Source: Acidimicrobiales bacterium (GTDB lineage: Bacteria > Actinomycetota > Acidimicrobiia > Acidimicrobiales > VFJN01). From it: a stretch of DNA of 64,000 nt. Numbering within the stretch: the first letter of the stretch is position 1; each line of letters opens with the position of its first letter. The position numbers and the translations under genes were made by a program. The notes beneath the pieces are model-generated. The model was not told where the DNA came from and ran no database searches. It worked only from the letters and a program-made list of their open reading frames with translations. The stretch covers positions 77 to 64,076 of the forward strand of contig JBOGHK010000007.1 in assembly GCA_050744325.1 (NCBI GenBank), read 5' to 3'. This document shows, piece by piece, positions 17,402 through 24,190 of this stretch.

Positions 17402-19375
17402 GTGGCCGAGAACCCGCTCTTCGTTCCCAGCACCCTGCCGTACCAGCTGCCGCCGTTCGCCGACACCCGCGACGAGCACTACGGGCCGGCGTTCGACCGT
17501 GGGATGGCCGACCAGCTGGCCGAGATCGACGCGATCGTCGCCAACCCCGAGGCACCGAGCATCGAGAACACCGTCGCCGCTCTCGAACGGTCGGGCCAGG
17601 TCCTCAAGCGGACCGCGACGGCGTTCTTCACGATGGTCGCCTCCCACGCCACCGACGCGATCCGCGAGCTGGAGACCGAGATGTCGCCACGTCTGGCCGC
17701 GCACCGCGACGCGATCTACCTCAACCGCGGCCTCTACGACCGGTTCCGCCAGGTGGACGGCAGCGACGCCGAGGAGGCCTGGTTGCTCGAGCGCTACCGG
17801 CTGGACTTCGTTCGCGCCGGCGTCGAGCTGTCGGACGACGACCAGGACCGCCTGCGCGAGCTCAACCAGGAGCTCTCCCGCCTGTCCACCACGTTCCAGC
17901 AGACGCTGCTCGACTGCTTGACGGGCGACGCCCTCGTGGTCGACGACGTGGCGTTGCTCGACGGGCTGTCCGAGAGCGCACTCGACGCGATCAGGGACGG
18001 GGAGACCGACACCTACCGCCTGCCCCTGCTGAACTTCACCAACCAGCCGGCGCTGGCCGAGCTGACCAACCGCGAGGTCCGCCAGCAGCTCTACGAGCGG
18101 TCGATCGAGCGCGCGCCGCAGAACCGGGCGCTCGCGATCCGGATGGCAACGCTGCGGGCCGAGCGGGCGCAGCTGCTCGGCTATCCGAGCCACGCCGCGT
18201 ACGCGGTCGCCGACCAGACCGCGAAGACCGTCGATGCGGTCGAGGAGATGCTGGGCCGGCTCAGCGGACCGGCGGTCGTCAACGCCAGCCGCGAGGCCGC
18301 GGCGCTGACCGAGCAGGCGGGCTTCGCGATCGAGCCGTGGGACTGGTCGTTCTACGCCGAGAAGGTCCGCAAGGCTCGCTACGACTTCGACCAGAACGAC
18401 ATGCGCCCGTACTTCGAGCTCGACCGGGTGGTCCGCGATGGAGTGTTCTACGCCGCCACCCAGCTCTACGGCGTCACGTTCAGTGAGCGGCCCGACCTAG
18501 CGGGCTACCACGCCGACGTCCGCACCTTCGAGGTGTTCGACGCCGACGGCACCCCGCTCGGCCTGTTCCTGCTCGACCCCTACGCCCGCCCCACCAAGCA
18601 GGGCGGCGCCTGGATGAACAACCTCGTCGACCAGTCGCACCTGCTCGACGAGCGGCCGGTGGTGATGAACAACCTCAACGTCACCAAGCCCGCCGAGGGC
18701 CCGACGCTGCTCACCTACGACGAGGTGCGCACCGCGTTCCACGAGTTCGGCCACGCGCTGCACGGGCTGTTGTCCGACGTGCGCTTCCCGCGGGTGTCCG
18801 GCACCGAGGTTCCCCGCGACTTCGTGGAGTACCCGTCGCAGGTCAACGAGATGTGGATCACCTGGCCCGAGGTGCTGGCCAGCTACGCCCGCCACCACGA
18901 GACCGGCGAACCGATGCCCCGGGAGCTGGTCGACAAGATCACCGCGGCCGAGAAGTTCAACCAGGGTTTCGCCACGCTCGAGTACCTCGCGGCCGCGCTG
19001 CTCGACTGGGCCTGGCACGCGCTCCCGGCCGGCGAGGTGCTCGACGACGCCGAGGGCTTCGAGGCCGCAGCCCTCGACGCCGCGGGGGTCGCGTTCGCGC
19101 TGGTGCGGCCCCGCTACCGCACCAGCTACTTCGCCCACGTGTTCGCCGGCGGCTACAGCGCGGGCTACTACTCCTACATCTGGAGCGAGGTCCTGGACGC
19201 CGAGAGCGTCGAGTGGTTCAAGGACAACGGGGGCCTCACCCGGGCCAACGGCGACCACTTCCGCCGGACGTTGCTGTCCCGGGGCGGCAGCGGCGACCCG
19301 ATGGCGGCCTTCCGGGCGTTCCGGGGCCGCGAACCCCGCATCGAGCCCTTGCTGGAGCGCCGGGGCCTGGCGTAG
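17402..19375 (+). CDS. dcp: Peptidyl-dipeptidase Dcp (M3 metallopeptidase)
   Basis: HEFGHALHGL zinc motif. With a GTG 17402 start the N-terminus AENPLFVPSTLPYQLPPF parallels E. coli Dcp (NPFLVQSTLPY). Confidence 0.85.
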   Translation: MAENPLFVPSTLPYQLPPFADTRDEHYGPAFDRGMADQLAEIDAIVANPEAPSIENTVAALERSGQVLKRTATAFFTMVASHATDAIRELETEMSPRLAAHRDAIYLNRGLYDRFRQVDGSDAEEAWLLERYRLDFVRAGVELSDDDQDRLRELNQELSRLSTTFQQTLLDCLTGDALVVDDVALLDGLSESALDAIRDGETDTYRLPLLNFTNQPALAELTNREVRQQLYERSIERAPQNRALAIRMATLRAERAQLLGYPSHAAYAVADQTAKTVDAVEEMLGRLSGPAVVNASREAAALTEQAGFAIEPWDWSFYAEKVRKARYDFDQNDMRPYFELDRVVRDGVFYAATQLYGVTFSERPDLAGYHADVRTFEVFDADGTPLGLFLLDPYARPTKQGGAWMNNLVDQSHLLDERPVVMNNLNVTKPAEGPTLLTYDEVRTAFHEFGHALHGLLSDVRFPRVSGTEVPRDFVEYPSQVNEMWITWPEVLASYARHHETGEPMPRELVDKITAAEKFNQGFATLEYLAAALLDWAWHALPAGEVLDDAEGFEAAALDAAGVAFALVRPRYRTSYFAHVFAGGYSAGYYSYIWSEVLDAESVEWFKDNGGLTRANGDHFRRTLLSRGGSGDPMAAFRAFRGREPRIEPLLERRGLA

Positions 19376-19608
19376 CCACGAGCGAGGTCGGGCTCGGCTC
19401 GGCGACGCTTCGTCACCCGAGCATCGGGGAAATCTGATCCAACCCCGTCGGCGGTAACGAAGTCCTCCGGAAGCGCGGACCCAGCTGGTGCTGGAGCACA
19501 TGGCGACGGCCCTGTCCGGTCCGGTCGCTCACTACTGAGCGTCCAGCGGAGCTGCGGGAACCGGGGCGGCGAGTCTCGGACCACTCGCCACCCCGTCGTC
19601 AGCCGGTA

Positions 19609-19641
19609 GCGAGGCAAGAGTGCTCACCACCCTTGCCTCGC
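19609..19641. terminator. Bidirectional stem-loop between convergent dcp and the 19669 gene
   Basis: GCGAGGCAAG-13 nt-CTTGCCTCGC, a 10-bp perfect stem in the convergent intergenic region. Confidence 0.6.
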
Positions 19642-19668
19642 CGCCGGTCATCCACCTCGGATTGCGGT

Positions 19669-20409
19669 CTAGCCGTGCGATCCCGACGACCCGGAGCCCG
19701 AGGACCCGGACCCCGAGTTGTCGTCGCCGCCCGACGAGCCCGAACCCGAGTTGTCGTCGCCGCCCGACGAGCCCGGCCCGGAGTTGTCGTCGCCATGGCC
19801 ATCGTCGCCATGACGATCGTCGCCACCGTGGTCGTCGCCGGTCTCGTGCCGGACGACCACCCCGTTCTCGATGCGGATGTCGCTGTCGTCGGCATCGTCT
19901 CGGGCACGGACCCGCTCGCGGACCTGGCCGTCCTCGAACTCGAGGTTGACCTGCACCCGCCGGGTGCCGGAGCGGAAGTCGACCTCGACCTCTCGGCCCG
20001 CTGACTGCTCGACCTCGACGACCCATCCGGCGTTCGGTGTCGCGCTCACCAAGGTCAACGAACCGTTGTCGACCCTGTAGGTCACAGTCCCGGCCCCGGC
20101 GTTCACGGTGCGGGTGTCGCCCCCGGCCGGCGCGGGGGCGGTGGGCATGGTGGTCGCCGTGCTCGCAGTCGTGTCGGGCGCATCCGGCCGTGCGGTGCCG
20201 TCGGCGCCGGTGCAGCGGGGATCGTTCGCGTGCTCGGCTTCGTCGCACGGGCCGCTGATGTCGCCCGGATCGTCATCGGACGAGCTGGTCTGGCTGACCG
20301 GTGACGGCGCGTCGCTGGACGATGCCGTCGCCGACGCGACCAGGGCCGACGCACCGGCGAGGACGGCGACCGCCAGGCCGAGGCGCGGAGCGGACAGAGG
20401 GAGCTTCAT
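19669..20409 (-). CDS. Secreted protein: signal peptide, unknown 'domain X', His/Asp then (GDDNSGSGSS)n tail
   Basis: Start at ATG 20409 (MKLPLSAPRLGLAVAVLAGASALVA). The central segment is paralogous to the 22920..23393 product. The C-terminus is repetitive. Confidence 0.6.
   Translation of the reverse strand: MKLPLSAPRLGLAVAVLAGASALVASATASSSDAPSPVSQTSSSDDDPGDISGPCDEAEHANDPRCTGADGTARPDAPDTTASTATTMPTAPAPAGGDTRTVNAGAGTVTYRVDNGSLTLVSATPNAGWVVEVEQSAGREVEVDFRSGTRRVQVNLEFEDGQVRERVRARDDADDSDIRIENGVVVRHETGDDHGGDDRHGDDGHGDDNSGPGSSGGDDNSGSGSSGGDDNSGSGSSGSGSSGSHG
19715..19794. repeat. 33-bp tandem repeat, about 2.4 copies, in-frame coding
   Basis: Unit GAGTTGTCGTCGCCGCCCGACGAGCCCGAACCC repeated at 19715, 19748 and 19781 (partial). 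Encodes the GDDNSGSGSSG repeats on the minus strand. Confidence 0.85.
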
Positions 20410-20491
20410 CGTGGTTCCTTTCGTTGGGGACGCACGACCCACTGTCCGCCGCGGCGGCCTAACCCCACTCCCAGCGCGTCCTAAGGAACCG

Positions 20492-21241
20492 TTAAGCGCT
20501 CAGCCGCACGACTCCGCGGCAGGTTGGTCCGGCCTGGACCCGGTGCCAGTCACCCCGCGGGCGGTGCCGTCGCGGTGTCCGTGGCGCTCCCGGCGGGCCG
20601 GTCACCGTCAGTTCCCAGGTCGTACCCGGGGGGGAGCACCGGGTGACGTTCCCCGAAGGCGGGACGTCGTCCGCCGATCCACCGACCGGCCCGAGGGTTG
20701 CTGTCGTGGCCCCGGTGCTGGACCACCCCAGGGTCACCCTTGCCTGGCCGGCCGGACACGCGCCCGTGCCTGGCACGATCTCGAAGGCGCCGATCGCCGG
20801 AGACGGGGGCGTCGGAGGCGAGGGCGACATCGTGGTCGTGGTGGTCGATTGGCCCGCAGGGCCCGGATCCGGTGGCACAGGTCCGGACCCGTCGGTCGGC
20901 TCGATCGACGTCGTCGTGCCCGTTGTCCCCGGACCGCCGGACGAGGAGCCGGACGGGCCCGGATCGGTCACCGCCGTGGCTGCCGCGTCGCGCTCGTCGG
21001 GGGCCGTCTCGACCGCCGTGCCGTCGGAGCCGTCGCCAGCCCGCTCGGCCACGGCGACGATGCCCGCCACGACCGCGGCCGCAGCGCCTGCGGCCATCGC
21101 CGCGGTCCGCAGCCAGGACTGCCCACCGCGCCCACCGCGCCCGCCCGTCCGGTCCGTCGGCGTCCTGTCCAGCACGTGGCCCGCCCGCCCGGTCGGCACG
21201 CCGATCCCCTCGAGCGCCGCGGCCGCCTCCGCTCGCACCAC
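20492..21241 (-). CDS. Single-pass membrane protein with Thr/Pro-rich linker and Ig-like ectodomain (anti-sigma-like topology)
   Basis: GTG 21241. TM segment LRTAAMAAGAAAAVVAGIVAVA, then a T/P/S-rich linker, then AFEIVPGTGACPAGQARVTLGWSSTGATTATL..TTWELTVTGP. This frame has the coding-like third-position GC. The 3' end is uncertain. Confidence 0.45.
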   Translation of the reverse strand: MVRAEAAAALEGIGVPTGRAGHVLDRTPTDRTGGRGGRGGQSWLRTAAMAAGAAAAVVAGIVAVAERAGDGSDGTAVETAPDERDAAATAVTDPGPSGSSSGGPGTTGTTTSIEPTDGSGPVPPDPGPAGQSTTTTTMSPSPPTPPSPAIGAFEIVPGTGACPAGQARVTLGWSSTGATTATLGPVGGSADDVPPSGNVTRCSPPGTTWELTVTGPPGAPRTPRRHRPRGDWHRVQAGPTCRGVVRLSA

Positions 21242-21674
21242 CGGCCCGGCGGCGACGATCGGGGTCGTCGCGCTCGCGTTCGATCATCCGATCGACCGCG
21301 TCGGCCGTCCCGGCGCGGGGCCCGATCGCCTCCATGTCCTCGTCGTCGCCGACCAGGCCGGTCCGCCGGTCGCGGGCCAGCCTGCTCAGGCTCTTGTTGC
21401 GGGCGATCCGCAACAGCCAGCCGCCGAACGACGCGGGCTGGCGCAGCTCGGAGATCTGGTGCCAGGCCACGGCGAACGCCTCCTGGGTGACCTCGGCGGC
21501 GGTGTCGCGGTTGCGGACGATGTGCCAAGCGACGTCGAAGGCTCGATCGAACCAGCGCTCGAACAGTTCGCCGAACGCCTCGGCCTCACCGTCCTTCGCC
21601 CGCTGCGCCAAGTCGGCGTCGTCACGCGTGCTCGCGCCCGGCCTCGCCCGCACCGCGACCATCCCACCACACAT
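20550..21674 (-). CDS. ECF sigma-like ORF with only region 2 recognisable; possibly truncated or frameshifted
   Basis: The N-terminal ~140 aa look like sigma-70 region 2 (AFGELFERWFDRAFDVAWHIVRNRDTAAEVTQEAFAVAWHQISELRQPASFGGWLLRIARNKSLSRLARDRR). There is no region 4 HTH in any frame. The remaining ~230 codons are Arg/Gly-rich and overlap 20492..21241 out of frame. Confidence 0.4.
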   Translation of the reverse strand: MCGGMVAVRARPGASTRDDADLAQRAKDGEAEAFGELFERWFDRAFDVAWHIVRNRDTAAEVTQEAFAVAWHQISELRQPASFGGWLLRIARNKSLSRLARDRRTGLVGDDEDMEAIGPRAGTADAVDRMIERERDDPDRRRRAGGASGGGRGARGDRRADRAGGPRAGQDADGPDGRARWARWAVLAADRGDGRRRCGRGRGGHRRRGRAGWRRLRRHGGRDGPRRARRGSHGGDRSGPVRLLVRRSGDNGHDDVDRADRRVRTCATGSGPCGPIDHHDHDVALASDAPVSGDRRLRDRARHGRVSGRPGKGDPGVVQHRGHDSNPRAGRWIGGRRPAFGERHPVLPPGYDLGTDGDRPAGSATDTATAPPAG

Positions 21675-21677
21675 CCT

Positions 21678-22439
21678 TCAGCTGATGGTGACCGGAGTCC
21701 CCAGCTGGACCAGGTCGTTGAGGGTCGCGGACACCTCGTTGGGGACCCGGATGCAGCCGTGGGACACGGCCTGGCCGATGCTGGCCGGGTCGTTGGTGCC
21801 GTGGATGCCGACCTGCCCGTCGCCACCGGCTAAGTCGGTGAAGACGTCGGAGTGGAGCGCCAGCCCGAGGGCGTACAGACCGTACGGGCCGGTCGGGTCC
21901 TCGGTGGTGAGCTTGTCGACCACGTACGAGGCTCCGGTGGGGGTTGGCGCCTCGACCGCGCCGATGGCCACCGGCGTGGTCAGGACCGTCTCACCGCCGT
22001 CCCGGAGGGTGAGCGTCCGTGCCGCGAGGTCGATGTCGATCGCCTCGTCGACCTCGCGCAGCTCGACCTCGGCCCGCAGGACCCATCCGGTCGAGCCGTT
22101 GGGCCGCTCGGGCAGCGACACCTCGAGCCACTCGCCGAGATCCTGGAGCACCATCAGCGCCCGGGGCGACCCGAACTCCGTGGTCGCGGGCAGGGTCAGG
22201 GCAGGTGGGGCAGCGGCGTCGGGGGTCGGGTAGACGTCGAGGTCGTGGTCCGCCCGGGCCACCAGCGTCGTGGTTGTCGTGCCCTCGGCTGCCGCGACCT
22301 CAGGTGCCGCGATGGTCGTCGTGGTGCTCGCGGGGAGCACCCGGTCGTCTGTGCCCATCTGGCTGCCGCACGCCGCCGTCACGAGGACGGCGGCGAGGGC
22401 GGCGGTGACCAGAGGGACGCGTCGTCCCGTGCGCATCAA
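21678..22439 (-). CDS. L,D-transpeptidase (YkuD), lipoprotein
   Basis: GIHGTNDPASIGQAVSHGCIRVPNEV catalytic motif. Lipobox LVTAACGS. Confidence 0.85.
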   Translation of the reverse strand: MMRTGRRVPLVTAALAAVLVTAACGSQMGTDDRVLPASTTTTIAAPEVAAAEGTTTTTLVARADHDLDVYPTPDAAAPPALTLPATTEFGSPRALMVLQDLGEWLEVSLPERPNGSTGWVLRAEVELREVDEAIDIDLAARTLTLRDGGETVLTTPVAIGAVEAPTPTGASYVVDKLTTEDPTGPYGLYALGLALHSDVFTDLAGGDGQVGIHGTNDPASIGQAVSHGCIRVPNEVSATLNDLVQLGTPVTIS

Positions 22440-22834
22440 CCCGTGAAGTTCGGCTCGCCGACGACCGGTGGGTCGTAGGGATCGGGATCAGGGTCCGGGT
22501 CGGGCCCCTCGTCCGGGCACTCGGCCTCCTCCGAGTCCTCGATGCACAGGTCCGGTGGGCACTCGTCGCCTTCCGGTGCCTCTTCGCCTTCGAGGCAGGG
22601 GTCGGGACCTGGGCACTCGTCGTTCTCCGGATGGTCGACGAGCGACTGCCGGAACGGGATCTCGACCGCTTCGTCGCACGGGTCCGGTGAGCAGTCCTCG
22701 AGCTCCGGTTGACAGGGATCGTCGGTGATGTCGTCGGGACCGACCTGGGCGCTGGCCACGGTGGCGGGGGTGAGGATCGCCCCCAGCACCGCCGCGCCGA
22801 CCAGCATCCGGCCGAATCGGATGGTCAGGTTCAT
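22436..22834 (-). CDS. Small secreted acidic 8-Cys protein
   Basis: Start at ATG 22834 (MNLTIRFGRMLVGAAVLGAILTPATVASAQ), preceded by AAGGAG. The mature ~100 aa are rich in D/E/P with 8 Cys in D/E-x-C contexts. 4-nt overlap with the LDT start. Confidence 0.55.
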   Translation of the reverse strand: MNLTIRFGRMLVGAAVLGAILTPATVASAQVGPDDITDDPCQPELEDCSPDPCDEAVEIPFRQSLVDHPENDECPGPDPCLEGEEAPEGDECPPDLCIEDSEEAECPDEGPDPDPDPDPYDPPVVGEPNFTG

Positions 22835-22897
22835 TCTGCTCGCTCCTTGTCGTGGACCCCGGTGGTGGGGTCGCACGTCCTGACCATCGAGCGAGCG

Positions 22898-22913
22898 ATC
22901 TCTTACCCAAGCC
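22898..22913. promoter_or_regulatory. Shared motif ATCTCT(TA)CCCAAGCC, copy 1
   Basis: Intergenic, 64 nt upstream (minus sense) of the 22834 start. Near-identical to 23432-23445. Confidence 0.3.
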
Positions 22914-22919
22914 CCCCGA

Positions 22920-23393
22920 TCAACGCTCGGGCTCCTCGCGGACCCGGTCCTGGGGGCCGCCGTCCCACCAGCCGTCGACGCGGCTGCGATGCGACTCGCT
23001 GCGGAACTCGACCTTCCAGCCGTTGCCGTGCTCCGGTTCCACCTCGACCGAGAAGCCCTGGTTCGGCACCGCGTCGAGCACGGTGACGCCCGACGGTGCG
23101 AACTGCAGCGTGACCGTGCCGCCGACCGGGCGATAGGGCCGGGTCTCGGGCTCCGGTTGGTCGGGGCCGCCGACGGCCGTGGTCGGTGCCGGCGGATCCG
23201 TCGACGTCGCGGAGCCGGGTACCGAGGTCGACGTTGGATCCTCGGCCGGTGCCCCGAGCTCCTCGGCGGTGAGAGGGGCCGGACGATCGTCGGTGACCTG
23301 GTCACCGACCACGGCGACGCCCCGCCACGCGACCGCGAGGGTGCCACCGGCAGCGATCAGCCAGGCGAGCACCAGCGCGACGGAGCGGGACAC
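22920..23393 (-). CDS. Membrane-anchored protein carrying unknown 'domain X'
   Basis: Start placed at GTG 23393 (VSRSVALVLAWLIAAGGTLAVAW) to avoid overlapping the divergent regulator. The C-terminal segment GGTVTLQFAPSGVTVLDAVPNQGFSVEVEPEHGNGWKVEFRS is paralogous to the 19669..20409 product. Confidence 0.5.
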   Translation of the reverse strand: MSRSVALVLAWLIAAGGTLAVAWRGVAVVGDQVTDDRPAPLTAEELGAPAEDPTSTSVPGSATSTDPPAPTTAVGGPDQPEPETRPYRPVGGTVTLQFAPSGVTVLDAVPNQGFSVEVEPEHGNGWKVEFRSESHRSRVDGWWDGGPQDRVREEPER

Positions 23394-23431
23394 CGACCCA
23401 TCCTGGCGTCCGAGCCTCCGCCTCGCGCTAA

Positions 23432-23445
23432 ATCTCTCCCAAGCC
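23432..23445. promoter_or_regulatory. Shared motif ATCTCTCCCAAGCC, copy 2, in the divergent promoter region
   Basis: Lies in the lower-GC 23394-23502 intergenic region, between the domain-X gene and the response regulator. Confidence 0.3.
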
Positions 23446-23502
23446 TGGGTTAAGGCCGCCGCGAACCGCGCGACAGGACTTACGGTCTCTGCCGTGGCCT
23501 CA

Positions 23503-24186
23503 GTGCTCGTGGTCGAGGACGACCTGCGGATCCGCGACATCCTGGCCCGTGGCCTCACCGGCGCGGGTCACGCGGTGCGCGGCGAGGCGTCCGGATCCGC
23601 CGCCCTGGTCGCCGTGGTCGAGTGGCAGCCCGACGTCGTCGTCCTGGACCTGGGCCTCCCCGACATCGACGGCCGCGACCTGCTCAAGATGTTGCGCAGC
23701 GTGTCGGCGGTGCCTGTGATCGTGGCGACGGCCCGCGACGACGAGGACGAGATCGTCCGCCTCCTCGACGCAGGCGCCGACGACTACGTGGTCAAGCCCT
23801 ACGCGGCGGCGCAGATCGAGGCCCGGATCCGTGCCGTCCTGCGGCGGGGGAGCGACGAGCCGGGCGCCCGCACGACCGAGCTCCGCCACGGAGGGCTGAT
23901 CCTCGACACCGCCCGTCGCTCTGCCCGCCTGGACGGCGCAGAGCTCGACCTGACCCGGCTCGAGTTCGACCTGCTGGTCCATCTCGCCCGCCGGAGCCCC
24001 GAGGTCGTCAGCCGGCGCGAGCTGCTCGCGGAGGTGTGGCGCCAGCCCTACGGCGGCGCGGACAAGACCGTCGACGTCCATCTGTCCTGGTTGCGTCGCA
24101 AGCTCGGCGAGACGGCGACCAACCCTCGCTACCTCCACACCGTTCGGGGGGTGGGCATCAAGCTCGAGCCCCCCGGCGACCCATGA
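23503..24186 (+). CDS. OmpR-family response regulator
   Basis: VLVVEDDLRIRDIL..VVVLDLGLPDIDG..DDYVVKPY receiver domain. C-terminal winged helix (VDVHLSWLRRKL). GTG 23503, or alternatively 23494. Confidence 0.85.
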   Translation: MLVVEDDLRIRDILARGLTGAGHAVRGEASGSAALVAVVEWQPDVVVLDLGLPDIDGRDLLKMLRSVSAVPVIVATARDDEDEIVRLLDAGADDYVVKPYAAAQIEARIRAVLRRGSDEPGARTTELRHGGLILDTARRSARLDGAELDLTRLEFDLLVHLARRSPEVVSRRELLAEVWRQPYGGADKTVDVHLSWLRRKLGETATNPRYLHTVRGVGIKLEPPGDP

Positions 24187-24190
24187 GCTC

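Noticed and set aside
20108-21833. Plus-strand ORFs 20108..21490 and 20643..21833 over the sigma-like locus
   Set aside because: Their translations look off-frame (Arg/Pro/Gly runs). The minus-strand frames carry the sigma region 2, TM helix and Ig-like signals.
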